Origin: Fidelibacterota bacterium
Lineage (GTDB): Bacteria; Fidelibacterota; Marinisomatia; SCGC-AAA003-L08; TS1B11
Direction of reading: 5' to 3'
Assembly: GCA_020354025.1 (NCBI GenBank)
Contig: CP070638.1
Span: 1,130,250-1,194,249, forward strand
Length of the DNA stretch: 64,000 bases
The notes under the pieces were generated by a model, which saw nothing but the letters and a program-made list of their open reading frames with translations, did no database searches and was not told where the DNA came from. Both the position numbers and the translations under genes were made by a program. Shown in pieces: positions 1 through 9,606 of this stretch (position 1 is its first letter; each line of letters starts with the position of its first letter).

Positions 1-408
1 ACCCTTGCGGTCCAGATAGGCAGCAAGATAGATGATAAGACTCAGACGGGCAAAATCGGATGGCTGAACTGAGATAGGCCCTATCGGGAGCCAGCGCCCC
101 GCTCCTTCCCCGCCAGTAGCGTGATGAACAATCGGAGTGATAACCAGCAGGAACAGGGAACCCACAAGCAGCCAATTGGCGAATCCCTTCAGATGGTGAT
201 AGTCCAGACGGCTGCAGATGAAAAGCAGAGCAGCTCCCAACAAGACCCGGACCACCTGGCGCTTGAGGAAGAACATATGATCACCGGTAAGTTCCACGGC
301 CGTGTCGGCGCTGGAGCTATACAGCATCACAATCCCCACCCCAACGAGGCCGAAAGTGAGCAGCAGGGTCCAGGTATCATATCGCTGTGTTGTGGCGACG
401 CTACGCAT
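1..408 (-). CDS. ftsW: FtsW (SEDS family) N-terminal 136 codons; the gene continues beyond the window start
   Basis: Not in the ORF track because it runs off the edge. I translated the minus strand by hand from the ATG at 408: MRSVATTQRYDTWTLLLTFGLVGVGIVMLYSSSADTAVELTGDHMFFLKRQVVRVLLGAALLFICSRLDYHHLKGFANWLLVGSLFLLVITPIVHHATGGEGAGRWLPIGPISVQPSDFARLSLIIYLAAYLDRKG. The frame is open to position 1. It has the SEDS-like RW..G...QPS(D/E)F motif. It follows murD as in canonical dcw clusters, and its ATG overlaps the murD stop by 8 nt. Confidence 0.8.
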   Translation of the reverse strand, partial: MRSVATTQRYDTWTLLLTFGLVGVGIVMLYSSSADTAVELTGDHMFFLKRQVVRVLLGAALLFICSRLDYHHLKGFANWLLVGSLFLLVITPIVHHATGGEGAGRWLPIGPISVQPSDFARLSLIIYLAAYLDRKG

Positions 409-1798
409 GAACCGTCTCCCGCTGATAAGCAAGGACAAGTCGGCGGAAAGTATCACCACGCTCTTCGAAATTGGTGAATTGATCGAAGCTGGCGCAGGCT
501 GGAGCTAGGAGCACAACATCACCGGGTTCACCGGCCCGATGGGCATCTTCCACAGCTGCGGCGAATTCTCTCTCGAAATGGACGGGGACCAGTCCCTGGA
601 AAATCCCCATGAGCCGTAGCCCCGCCTGGCCGTAAGTAACAAGTCGCTTCACCTTGTTACTGATCAGGTTGGTGAGCTCGGGGTAGTCGGTGGCCTCCTT
701 CTCACTGCCGCCAAGGATAAGGATGATGCTGCTGTCAAAGCTGGCCAAAGCCGCCCGGGTTGAGGCCACATTGGTGGCTTTGGAATCGTTGTAATAATTA
801 ACACCGTCAATCTCCGCTATCAGTTCCAGCCGATGCGGCAGCCCTTTGAATCGTCGCATCACGAGGGTAATGGCGGACTCCGATACGTCCATAAGATGAG
901 CGACTGAAGCCGAAGCGAGAAGGTTCATTACATTGTGGGAGCCGGGCATGGGAAGCTGGTTCAGAGGGAGAAGCCGCTCTCCCTGGTGGAGAATCCAACC
1001 ACTTTCGCACGTGAATAAGGACTCCTCAGCGGGTTCAAAGGCAAAGGGAACAGTGTTCTCCTGCCCCGTGAAAGCGGTGTGGAAGAAACTGTCATCCCGG
1101 TTATACACGATCCACCCGGTTTCGTCCATGTTCTTGACCAGCTTCAGTTTGGCCTGCCCATAGGCCTCCATGCCAGGATATCGATCCAGGTGGTCGGGAG
1201 ATAGGTTCAGGAATACGGCCACGTCGGGCTTGAAACACTCCAGGTGTTCGGCCTGGAAACTGCTCACTTCCACCACCTGTACCGGCGTGACCGGCTTCAG
1301 CTTGGACTCTTCTAGGACATTGTCTGCGAAAGGGACTCCTATGTTGCCGCCCAGGAAGCTGCGGAACCCACCGGCCGCCATCATCTGGTGGATCATGGTA
1401 GTGACCGTCGACTTGCCATTGGAGCCGGTGACGGCGATAACCGGTGCAGAGGTGAACCTGCCGGCCACATCCACCTCGCTCAGTACGGGCAGTCCCCGCT
1501 CCAGGAAGGAGGTTGCCAGAGGATGAGTATCCGGAACACCTGGGCTCAGCACCAGGACCGCGGCCTTGAGCTTATCAGGCGCATAACCTTCGGTAATAAT
1601 TGCGATATCTGGTATGTCCAGGGTTCGGGTAATTTCTTCCCGGGTCTTGCTGTCGTCTACCACGGTGACGCGAGTCCCGGTGGCGTGCAGGAGCCGGCAG
1701 ACCGCCAGCCCGCTGCGAGCGGCCCCAAGGACCAGAACCTCCTTGCCGGACAGGTCATTGGCGGTGGTGGAGAGGGTTGTTTTGGATGCGGATATCAC
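401..1798 (-). CDS. murD: UDP-N-acetylmuramoylalanine--D-glutamate ligase
   Basis: Mur ligase P-loop VTGSNGKSTV; N-terminal GKEVLVLGAARSG Rossmann-like motif; dcw position. The track ORF starts at 1891 and overlaps mraY by 94 nt. A GTG at 1798 shares one base with the mraY TAG (TAGTG) and gives a typical 465 aa, so I set the start there. The start is uncertain. Confidence 0.9.
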   Translation of the reverse strand: MISASKTTLSTTANDLSGKEVLVLGAARSGLAVCRLLHATGTRVTVVDDSKTREEITRTLDIPDIAIITEGYAPDKLKAAVLVLSPGVPDTHPLATSFLERGLPVLSEVDVAGRFTSAPVIAVTGSNGKSTVTTMIHQMMAAGGFRSFLGGNIGVPFADNVLEESKLKPVTPVQVVEVSSFQAEHLECFKPDVAVFLNLSPDHLDRYPGMEAYGQAKLKLVKNMDETGWIVYNRDDSFFHTAFTGQENTVPFAFEPAEESLFTCESGWILHQGERLLPLNQLPMPGSHNVMNLLASASVAHLMDVSESAITLVMRRFKGLPHRLELIAEIDGVNYYNDSKATNVASTRAALASFDSSIILILGGSEKEATDYPELTNLISNKVKRLVTYGQAGLRLMGIFQGLVPVHFEREFAAAVEDAHRAGEPGDVVLLAPACASFDQFTNFEERGDTFRRLVLAYQRETVHA

Positions 1799-2901
1799 TA
1801 CAGTACCTTGAAGGTCGATAGGCTTAGCAGCGCCAGGAGGATACCCATGATCCAGAACCGGATAACCACGCGGCTCTCGGGCCAGCCGCACAGCTCGAAA
1901 TGATGATGCAAAGGTGCCATGCGGAATACCCTCCGGCCTTCGCCGGTGATGCGCTTGGACAGCTTAAAGTAGCCCACCTGGACCATTACACTAAGGACTT
2001 CCGCGACGAATATTCCGCCGATGAGTAACAGGAGGACTTCCTGCTTGAGGATTACCGCCATGCAACCCAGCGCCGCGCCCATTGCCAGCGAGCCGGTATC
2101 TCCCATGAAGACCTCCGCGGGCTTGGCATTAAACCAGAGGAACCCCATGCACGCCCCCAGGAGGGCCATTGCAAAAATGAACAGCTCCCCCGTTCCGGGC
2201 AGGTAGAAAATATTGAGGTAGTCACTGAAGTCCACCCGTCCCATGATATAAGCAATAGCACCAAAAGCCAGCACAGCCACAGCCATCAGCCCGGTGGCTA
2301 AACCGTCGAGGCCATCAGTAAGGTTGACGGCATTGGAGAATCCGGTAATAACCAGCATCACCAGCGGAATGTACAGGAAACCCAGGTCCAGCGATCCGTT
2401 GGCCACGAAGGGAAGGCTGATGGAAGAGCGGATTTCCGCGTTAGCCGGCCAGAAGTACAGCCAGCCGCCGATGATCAATCCCAGGCTGATCTGCCCAGCC
2501 AGTTTGCGACGGGCGACAAGTCCATCAGGATACTTCCGGATGTCCTTCAGGTAGTCATCGTACAGGCCGATGAGACCCATCCACACCAGCGCCAGCAGGA
2601 CCATAAGTACGTAAGGCTGCTCAAATCGGGCAAGCAGGATCGTGGGCAGCAAAACTGCGATGAGAATAATCGTGCCACCCATGGTAGGGGTTCCCTTCTT
2701 GGTGGCGTGAGCAGTGGGTAACGTAGGGCCGATGGTTTCCCCAATCTGCATACGGGTGAGCCAGCGGATCATGGCCGGACCTATCCAGAAGGTAATGAGT
2801 AATGCCAGCACTGCCGCGGAAGCGCCGCGAAAGGTGATATACCGCAATAGGTTGAAACCGAAAAACCAATCCCGGAGCGGCAGGAGCAGATGGTACAGCA
2901 T
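1798..2901 (-). CDS. mraY: Phospho-N-acetylmuramoyl-pentapeptide transferase
   Basis: 367-aa polytopic membrane protein with NLTDGLDGLA and MGDTGSLA motifs typical of MraY; lies between murF and murD. Confidence 0.95.
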   Translation of the reverse strand: MLYHLLLPLRDWFFGFNLLRYITFRGASAAVLALLITFWIGPAMIRWLTRMQIGETIGPTLPTAHATKKGTPTMGGTIILIAVLLPTILLARFEQPYVLMVLLALVWMGLIGLYDDYLKDIRKYPDGLVARRKLAGQISLGLIIGGWLYFWPANAEIRSSISLPFVANGSLDLGFLYIPLVMLVITGFSNAVNLTDGLDGLATGLMAVAVLAFGAIAYIMGRVDFSDYLNIFYLPGTGELFIFAMALLGACMGFLWFNAKPAEVFMGDTGSLAMGAALGCMAVILKQEVLLLLIGGIFVAEVLSVMVQVGYFKLSKRITGEGRRVFRMAPLHHHFELCGWPESRVVIRFWIMGILLALLSLSTFKVL

Positions 2902-2903
2902 GG

Positions 2904-4259
2904 CTAGCGGTTGAATACCTCCTTTATAACGGTTTCCATGGCCATTCCCCGGCTGCCTTTGACGTAGACTACGTCTCCTGCTGCCACGGTCTGGGCTAGC
3001 GTGTAGCTCAGCTCCGACTTATCACCGTAGTGATGGGCTTCCATACCTGCCGAGAGGGCGGTGCAATAGGTGCCCCTAGTCTCCGGACCATAGCAGAGCA
3101 TTAAATCTATGCCACGAGCAGCTGCGAACTCACCCACCAGCCGGTGATGTTCCTCCGAAAATCGGCCCAGTTCCAGCATATCACCAATCACTGCGATGCG
3201 CCGCCCTTCGGATGGAAGATGGAGCAGCGTTTCCAACCCGGCCAGAGTTGAGGCCAGGTTAGCGTTATATGAATCGTCTATTACGGTAACGCCGTTAAAG
3301 TGTAAAATTTCCCCGCGGCCCGGGGGAGGCGTAAATCCTTCGATAGCTTCTTTGATCTCCTCCGGCGTTACCTCGAAACGCTCTGCTATGGCGACCGCGG
3401 CCAGGGCATTCGCTGCCAAGTGGGCACCCGCTTGTGGGAGCCGGATACGTAGTTCTGTGCCCACAACCAGTACACCGCCGGGCGCAGCCTCCTCATAGCG
3501 GCCGGTTACATCGGCGGGACGGTCAAAACCGTAGGTATAGCGCCAGGCGGGAGTCTCCATGCGGGCTATGGCTGGATCGTCCACATTCACTACAGCGGTC
3601 CCATCGGGCGGCAGGGCTTTGAACAGGGCTGCCTTCTCCCGGATGACACCCTCCTTATTCTTTAAATTGACTACATGGGCCTCACTTACGTTCGTGATCA
3701 GACCCACCTCCGGCTGGGCCAGACGGGCCAGGTAGGCGATCTCACCGGGCCGGTTGGAACCCAACTCCAGGACCGCAATCTCGTTCTTCTGACCGATACG
3801 CAGGAGAGTCAGTGGCAGACTAATGGTGCTGTTGTAACTGCCCTCCGTCCCCAGCACCTTGTACTTCATTGCTAGGATCCCCACCACCAGGTTCTTGGTA
3901 GTGGTCTTGCCGTTGGAGCCGGTAATAGCCACCACACGCGGCTGATACATTTGCCGCCAGACCTGAGCCAGGGCTCCCAATTCCCGAATGTTGTCAGCTA
4001 CCTTGATGACGACAGCGGGAGGAGCCAGCGGGGAGATATCCCGCTCTACCATCACTGCTACTGCGCCGGCTTCCATCGCTTCGGAAGCGAAATCGTGGCC
4101 ATCTGCCCGGCTGCCCACGATAGGTACGAACAGGTCCCCAGCCCGGGCCTTCCGCGAGTCGATGGTGATCCCCCTGATCTCAGGGATGCTTCCCAGGCCA
4201 TAACGATCTTGCAGTAGCCTGGTGAATCGCTTCGATTCGGCCAGTTCAATCCTCATCAC
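2904..4259 (-). CDS. murF: UDP-N-acetylmuramoyl-tripeptide--D-alanyl-D-alanine ligase
   Basis: Mur ligase P-loop ITGSNGKTTTK, 451 aa, dcw order murE-murF-mraY. Confidence 0.9.
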   Translation of the reverse strand: MMRIELAESKRFTRLLQDRYGLGSIPEIRGITIDSRKARAGDLFVPIVGSRADGHDFASEAMEAGAVAVMVERDISPLAPPAVVIKVADNIRELGALAQVWRQMYQPRVVAITGSNGKTTTKNLVVGILAMKYKVLGTEGSYNSTISLPLTLLRIGQKNEIAVLELGSNRPGEIAYLARLAQPEVGLITNVSEAHVVNLKNKEGVIREKAALFKALPPDGTAVVNVDDPAIARMETPAWRYTYGFDRPADVTGRYEEAAPGGVLVVGTELRIRLPQAGAHLAANALAAVAIAERFEVTPEEIKEAIEGFTPPPGRGEILHFNGVTVIDDSYNANLASTLAGLETLLHLPSEGRRIAVIGDMLELGRFSEEHHRLVGEFAAARGIDLMLCYGPETRGTYCTALSAGMEAHHYGDKSELSYTLAQTVAAGDVVYVKGSRGMAMETVIKEVFNR

Positions 4260-4310
4260 ACAGCTCTACCACAGATATTTCTGCAGGTGTCTTCTCCGCA
4301 TGTTCTGCGG

Positions 4311-5819
4311 TTATCCCTGATATGTTTCGACGATTTCAACATCGTTATGATAAACTTTTTCGGTCCCGATGACCTCATAATCCTCCCGGCCCTTACCGAG
4401 GATCAGGAGGATAGAGCGGTCAGTCATGTTGCCCAAGACATTGAGCAGGGCTTCCCGTCGATCGTTAATGACCACGTGTTTGCCGTGGTTCAGCCCTTTC
4501 ATGATGTCGGCGTTGATCTGTTCCAGGCTCTCGGTCCGGGGATTATCAGAGGTAATTATGAGCCGGTCCGAATAGGTCTCAGCCTGGGCGGCCATGAGTG
4601 GACGTTTAGCACGGTCTCTATCGCCACCGCAACCGAAAAGAGTGATGATCTCCACATCCCTGGATGCCAGCTGACGGATTGTGCCCAGCAGATTGGCGTA
4701 GGCATCCGGAGTATGGGCATAATCAATGAAAATTCTTCCCTTAGCGGCGGAAGGAATACACTCCAGTCGGCCAGGAACTGTCGTTACCGTCGAGATACCT
4801 TCCTGAATCGCAGTTATAGGGATACCAAGGGTTAGAGCTGTTGCAGTAGCAGCCAGCAGGTTCTCCAAGTTATACTGCCCCATAAGCCGGCTCTCAATAG
4901 AGAACGCCTGATCCTGATAAACCAGGTTGGCCACTGTGATCTCCAGGCTCAGTCCCATTTCAGTTACCCATAAGTCCGTCTGGCCGGAGCTGTCGGAGAG
5001 GTCTGTATCCTTCCTCAGACTGTAAGTAACCACCGGTCCCTGAGCCGCCTCGATAAAGTACTCCGCATGTGGATCATCCCGGTTGACAATGGCGGGCCGG
5101 TCGGGAGGCAGCAGGTGGAAAAGGCGCAGCTTGGACTCCAGGTAGTCATCCATGTCGTGATGGTAGTCCAGATGGTCCTGGGAGAAATTGGTGAAAACCG
5201 CCAGATTGAAGTCAACATCATCCACACGGCATTGTTTCAGAGCATGAGATGAGACTTCCATCACTATCCTCTGAATATCTTTTTCCCGGAGGTCGGATAA
5301 AATCCGGTGGACCTGATTGGCCTCCGGTGTGGTGAATCCGGTGGACTGCCTGGTCTGGTCCCACCGCAACCCCAGGGTACCGATGACAGCAGTGGGAAGC
5401 TGATGGACTCGAAGGATAGCCGCCAGGATCTCCGAAGTGGTAGTCTTCCCATTTGTACCAGTGATGCCGATGACGGATATCCGCCTGCTGGGGTGCTGAT
5501 AGAAGTTGGCCGCCATGCGGGAATACGCTGCCGGCAGGTTTTCCACCTCGATGTAGGGGCATAAAAAAGTTTGGGATTGCGGCGAAGGACCTACCACTAC
5601 TGCTGCGCCGTTGTCAATAGCTTGCGGGATATACTCGATCCCTTGGACATGCAGCCCGGGGAGAGCCACGAATAGGCCGCCGGGTATCACTTGCCGGGAG
5701 TCGTGAGTCAGGCCGTTGATATCCAGGTCCGGTAGCGGGGCTCTGGTGTGGATTCCGTTCATGATCTGCTGCAGAAACATCACCGCTATTCGCTTTCCGG
5801 GGCGAGCGTGATCAGGCAT
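4311..5819 (-). CDS. murE: UDP-N-acetylmuramoyl-L-alanyl-D-glutamate--2,6-diaminopimelate ligase
   Basis: P-loop GITGTNGKTTT and the MurE-type DNPR motif (ITSDNPRTE). The track start at 5819 overlaps ftsI by 34 nt. An alternative ATG at 5780 (M14) lies just after the ftsI stop. Confidence 0.9.
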   Translation of the reverse strand: MPDHARPGKRIAVMFLQQIMNGIHTRAPLPDLDINGLTHDSRQVIPGGLFVALPGLHVQGIEYIPQAIDNGAAVVVGPSPQSQTFLCPYIEVENLPAAYSRMAANFYQHPSRRISVIGITGTNGKTTTSEILAAILRVHQLPTAVIGTLGLRWDQTRQSTGFTTPEANQVHRILSDLREKDIQRIVMEVSSHALKQCRVDDVDFNLAVFTNFSQDHLDYHHDMDDYLESKLRLFHLLPPDRPAIVNRDDPHAEYFIEAAQGPVVTYSLRKDTDLSDSSGQTDLWVTEMGLSLEITVANLVYQDQAFSIESRLMGQYNLENLLAATATALTLGIPITAIQEGISTVTTVPGRLECIPSAAKGRIFIDYAHTPDAYANLLGTIRQLASRDVEIITLFGCGGDRDRAKRPLMAAQAETYSDRLIITSDNPRTESLEQINADIMKGLNHGKHVVINDRREALLNVLGNMTDRSILLILGKGREDYEVIGTEKVYHNDVEIVETYQG

Positions 5820-7741
5820 ACCTCGTTAAAATCTACCAGCGTTCCTGGTTTTATGGACTGCCGCACTACGCGTCCGAACCCTTCCATCTGCAGCCGTACA
5901 CCAGCCCGTCGTGCCAGCCGCAGGGCTTTGCGCAGACTGGACCCCCGGAAATCTGGTACCACACCCGGGGTGGTGTCAGCAGGTAATAGCCCGGCGGTGG
6001 CTAGGGTATAGGGGGTATGCAACTTTTCCTGTGCAGACATTTGCGACGGCTGTGGCGGGATATAAAAATCGTCATCCTGATTCAGGATACGTTTGATGGT
6101 GTTACGGACGATTGGTGCTGCCGCTCCGCTTCCGAAATGGCTGCCATACTTCGGGCTGTCAACAGCAACCAAGCAAACCAGTTTGGGCTCGTCAGCCGGG
6201 AACATCGCAGCGAAGGTGGCTACAAACTCCTTATCGGAATAGCTACCATCAAGGAACTTCTGGGCTGTTCCTGTTTTTCCGGCGATGGCGTAACCTGGCA
6301 GGCGGGCTTCACTTCCGGTGCCCTCTTCAACCACGTAGTAAAGAATGCGCCGCAACTGCTCCATAGTGGCAGGTGACGCCACCCGGCGAATGACTTCGGG
6401 ACGGTTAGTGACCAGTTCTTTCCCCTCCGGGCTTTGTATGTCGGCTACAAGCAAGGGTCGCATGAGCTGGCCTCCGTTTGCAACCGAGCTGTAAATCAAG
6501 CCCAGTTGAAGCGTAGTTACGCCAACTTCATGTCCCATGGCAATCCCACCAGTTGATACTGCGCTCCAATCCACAGGTTTCCTGAGAAGTCCCGGTGATT
6601 CGCCCGGTAAGCCGATGCCAGCGCGGGCTCCCAAACCGAAGCGGTAACAAAATTTGTAAATGAGGTCCGGTCCGAGATTCTCGGCAATCTTGACAATACC
6701 GATATTGCTGGAATGGGCTATGATTTCCGAAAACGTCAGGGTGTCGCTGGGAAAGGTGTCCTTTATCAACAGGCTGTGATAGGCAAACTCTCCGTTTTCA
6801 CAGTCGAATTCATCGACAGGGGAACAAATTTGGGCATCCAGGGCAGCGGTGGCGGGAACCACCTTGAGGGTAGACCCCGGTTCATACATATCGGTAATTG
6901 CCCTCAAACGCTGGTCAGCCGCTGGACTCGCCCATGGGCGATTGGGATCAAAACTGGGGTGTTGAGCTAGTGCCAGTATCTCTCCGGTCCGGGGATCTAT
7001 CAGAATTCCATGGATTGTCCTGGGTGCCAGGCGTTCATAAGCCCGGGCCAGCTCCTCCTGGAAAATGGACTGATAGTCGATATCGATGGTCAGCCGGAGC
7101 CGGGCTCCGTGAATGGGCATCTGGCCATTATCCCCTGAAGAAAAGAGGACACGTCCCTTCGCGTCTCGTCTTAATACCTGCCATCCTTTCTTGCCGCGAA
7201 GGAACGTGTCATACTCTAATTCAATCCCGGAGATACCTTTACCATCGACATCGGTGAAGCCCACCAGCGGGGCAATTATGTGTCCGTAGGGGTAGCGCCG
7301 CCGGACTTCGCGGCGCACAATAAGCCCTTGAGGCTGGTGGGCGAGAATTTCTCCGCACCGGCTACGGGAAACGTTGCGTTCCAGCCAGACAAACGACCGG
7401 TCAGCGGCCAGCTGTTTTCGGTAATAAGCTGCTGGACGATGGAAGGTACGGGCAAATAGAGTCACCAGAGTATCAGGGTGTTCAATTACCTGGGGATCGG
7501 CGGCGAAAGAGTAATGTATGATGTTAGATGTGAGTAATTCACCATTCCGATCCTCGATATTTCCCCGGATGGCAGGCAGGACCTCCACATTGGTACTCTG
7601 GCGCTGTGCCCTGTTGTGATAAACATCGTGTTCTAAAATCTGGACGTAAAACAGTTTCCCTATCACCGCCAGCAGCAAGCCAGTTACCAGGGTGTTCACC
7701 AGAATAACCCGCGGCCGATACTGGAGGTACAGCCGTGTCAT
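5786..7741 (-). CDS. ftsI: Class B penicillin-binding protein / peptidoglycan D,D-transpeptidase FtsI with one C-terminal PASTA domain
   Basis: N-terminal TM anchor; transpeptidase motifs STLK (SxxK), SSN (SxN) and KTGT. The C-terminal ~60 aa (VVPDFRGSSLRKALRLARRAGVRLQMEGFGRVVRQSIKPGTLV...) fits the PASTA pattern. Confidence 0.9.
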   Translation of the reverse strand: MTRLYLQYRPRVILVNTLVTGLLLAVIGKLFYVQILEHDVYHNRAQRQSTNVEVLPAIRGNIEDRNGELLTSNIIHYSFAADPQVIEHPDTLVTLFARTFHRPAAYYRKQLAADRSFVWLERNVSRSRCGEILAHQPQGLIVRREVRRRYPYGHIIAPLVGFTDVDGKGISGIELEYDTFLRGKKGWQVLRRDAKGRVLFSSGDNGQMPIHGARLRLTIDIDYQSIFQEELARAYERLAPRTIHGILIDPRTGEILALAQHPSFDPNRPWASPAADQRLRAITDMYEPGSTLKVVPATAALDAQICSPVDEFDCENGEFAYHSLLIKDTFPSDTLTFSEIIAHSSNIGIVKIAENLGPDLIYKFCYRFGLGARAGIGLPGESPGLLRKPVDWSAVSTGGIAMGHEVGVTTLQLGLIYSSVANGGQLMRPLLVADIQSPEGKELVTNRPEVIRRVASPATMEQLRRILYYVVEEGTGSEARLPGYAIAGKTGTAQKFLDGSYSDKEFVATFAAMFPADEPKLVCLVAVDSPKYGSHFGSGAAAPIVRNTIKRILNQDDDFYIPPQPSQMSAQEKLHTPYTLATAGLLPADTTPGVVPDFRGSSLRKALRLARRAGVRLQMEGFGRVVRQSIKPGTLVDFNEVCLITLAPESE

Positions 7742-8076
7742 TAGTCTGGCTCCGAGAGGTATACGATGAGCGACTCGGCCGGGGGAATTACCATTTCCAG
7801 CCTGAGTCGGGCAATGCCGGTGATCCGGTCGATCTGGGAGAGCTGGTCAATAGTTACCTGTAATTCACGGTTGATATTTTCCATCTCCAGTATCTGTTCC
7901 TTTTTTTCAATCAGGCTCTTTACAGCCATGTCTGTCTGATTATAGATCCACAGGTAGGAGATAGCTGCGCTTACCAGGAAGAAGGTCCAGAAAAAGAAAG
8001 TGATGGGAGAAGGACCGTGGCTGCGTTTCCTCCGAGAACGAACACTAGAATGTACCTTACGGCGTACACCACCCAT
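7741..8076 (-). CDS. ftsL: Cell division protein FtsL-like (small bitopic membrane protein)
   Basis: Lies between rsmH and ftsI. It has a basic N-terminus, one TM helix (ITFFFWTFFLVSAAISYLWIY) and a coiled-coil-like tail. I set the start at the ATG at 8076 (M43 of the track ORF), which overlaps the rsmH stop as TGATG. The longer track ORF would overlap rsmH by 127 nt. Confidence 0.6.
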   Translation of the reverse strand: MGGVRRKVHSSVRSRRKRSHGPSPITFFFWTFFLVSAAISYLWIYNQTDMAVKSLIEKKEQILEMENINRELQVTIDQLSQIDRITGIARLRLEMVIPPAESLIVYLSEPD

Positions 8077-9014
8077 CACAGTCGCTCCGCTATGCGTAAT
8101 TTCGCCGATCTGCTTCGGGGATTGAGGGCTATTTCCTCTGATGACGGGGTAATAGGTTTGCGAGTGAGGACTTTGAATGAAGCCGTGTGCCCGCAAATAC
8201 ATTGGGGGAAATACGTCGGACAGAGACAGTCCTTTGACTCTCGGGCAAAGAACTGCTTTACTAACCGGTCTTCTAGGGAATGGTAGGAGATAATTATCGC
8301 CCGGCGGCCCGATTCCAGTAGTCCATTAAGGCGTTCCAGGGTTGCCTGGAGCATATTCAGTTCATCGTTGATAAATATTCGTAAAGCCTGGAAAACCCTG
8401 GCCAGAGATCTGTCAGCGAGGGGACCTTTGGCGACAGTTCGCACGGTTTCTGCCAGTTCGCGGGAGGTGGTGAGACGGCCAGCCGCAGCCTCATTATGGA
8501 TGGCTTGTGCAATGGCACGAGCTTGGCGTTCCTCCCCATATCTGGTCAGAATACCGGCCAGAGCCTCAGGCGTCATATGCAATAGTACTTGGTGCAAAGG
8601 CCTCCCATGACTGGAGTCGAAACGCATGTCCAATGGCTCGTCCGACTGATAACTGAATCCTCGGCCGCTGGCCTCCAGGCTGAAACTGGACAATCCCAGA
8701 TCGAGTAGCACGCCCTGACACTCCTTTACCGCCAGCTCTTGCAGAAATAGCGCCGTCTGTGCATAGGACCCCTGGCGTAGAACCACTCGTAAATCGGCGG
8801 CCAGGTGATCCCGGGCAACGGCCAGGGAACCGGCGTCAAGGTCAATACCTAACACCCTCCCCTTCAGCGAGAGCCGGGAAAGGATGCCGGCGGTGTGCCC
8901 ACCTGTACCCACAGTACCATCTACATACCATCCATCGGGAGTGGTAACCAGCCAGTCCAGGACTTCGTCTACCATTACAGGGGTATGGCTGATTCCCTGG
9001 ATAAGTCCGCTCAT
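8076..9014 (-). CDS. rsmH: 16S rRNA (cytosine1402-N4)-methyltransferase
   Basis: HTPVM...DGTVGTGGHT SAM-binding motif typical of RsmH/MraW; lies second in the dcw cluster after mraZ. Confidence 0.95.
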   Translation of the reverse strand: MSGLIQGISHTPVMVDEVLDWLVTTPDGWYVDGTVGTGGHTAGILSRLSLKGRVLGIDLDAGSLAVARDHLAADLRVVLRQGSYAQTALFLQELAVKECQGVLLDLGLSSFSLEASGRGFSYQSDEPLDMRFDSSHGRPLHQVLLHMTPEALAGILTRYGEERQARAIAQAIHNEAAAGRLTTSRELAETVRTVAKGPLADRSLARVFQALRIFINDELNMLQATLERLNGLLESGRRAIIISYHSLEDRLVKQFFARESKDCLCPTYFPQCICGHTASFKVLTRKPITPSSEEIALNPRSRSAKLRIAERL

Positions 9015-9019
9015 AAGGG

Positions 9020-9481
9020 TCAGGAGAATACTTCATCAGAAATGGCATCCATTTCATCCTGCTGGTCGGCGAACTGGTTATCGGATTCATCGAGCCGCTC
9101 CGGGTTCCAGATTTCGATATGATCGAGCATACCCACGATCTCTATGCCCTTCTCAATGCCGGCATAATTAATCAGCTCAGCGGGTAGTGCAACCCGGCCT
9201 TGTTGGTCGTACTGCACAGCTTCAGCGTAGCGCACAAAGTTCCTAGTATAGTGTCGGTGGAGTGCGCGTCTTTTGTTCAGCCTGATCAATTTTTCAACAA
9301 TCTGTTTCCAGACCTCCACCGGATATAGAACAATACAGGAATCAGCCCCCCTAGTAGCCACAAATGTGCGGTCGTTGGCCGGATTCAGGGCCTTCCGCAT
9401 TTTAGCCGGAATATTAGCCCGACCTTTGGCATCAAGGGTGTAACTGTAGCTGCCAGTAAATGAACCGTCGGTTGAATTCAA
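9020..9481 (-). CDS. mraZ: Transcriptional regulator MraZ
   Basis: 153 aa with the two DxxGR motifs (LDAKGRANIPA, YDQQGRVALPA) that characterise MraZ; first gene of the dcw cluster. Confidence 0.95.
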   Translation of the reverse strand: MNSTDGSFTGSYSYTLDAKGRANIPAKMRKALNPANDRTFVATRGADSCIVLYPVEVWKQIVEKLIRLNKRRALHRHYTRNFVRYAEAVQYDQQGRVALPAELINYAGIEKGIEIVGMLDHIEIWNPERLDESDNQFADQQDEMDAISDEVFS

Positions 9482-9569
9482 TTCGCTATCCTGCTTGCTA
9501 GGATGAGTCTCCAGATTCCGCTATACAATCGAGCACCAGTCAGTAAGGTGCGCAATTTCAGGGATATCT

Positions 9570-9606
9570 ACCCACCTTTACCCACAAACATATTAGTTTT
9601 ACCCGC
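9570..9606 (-). promoter_or_regulatory. Candidate MraZ operator: three GYGGGT repeats upstream of mraZ
   Basis: The plus strand reads ACCCAC (9570-9575), ACCCAC (9580-9585) and ACCCGC (9601-9606). On the mraZ strand these are GTGGGT, GTGGGT and GCGGGT, spaced 10 and 21 bp and lying 90-125 nt upstream of the mraZ ATG. They resemble the phased TGGGN repeats bound by E. coli MraZ. Confidence 0.35.

Noticed and set aside
121-477. Plus-strand ORFs of 118 aa (121-477) and 68 aa (302-508) at the left edge
   Set aside because: They lie antisense to a clean FtsW N-terminus (minus strand, 408 to 1) with SEDS motifs. They have no RBS and no recognisable family.
7741-8202. Full 153-aa track ORF for ftsL, and similar N-terminally extended track ORFs for hisG, argF, the M14 peptidase, the MBL hydrolase, holA and the 75-aa protein
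   Set aside because: The extensions overlap upstream genes or terminators and lack an RBS. Internal ATG or GTG starts with an SD sequence or with stop/start coupling fit better, so I trimmed the coordinates.
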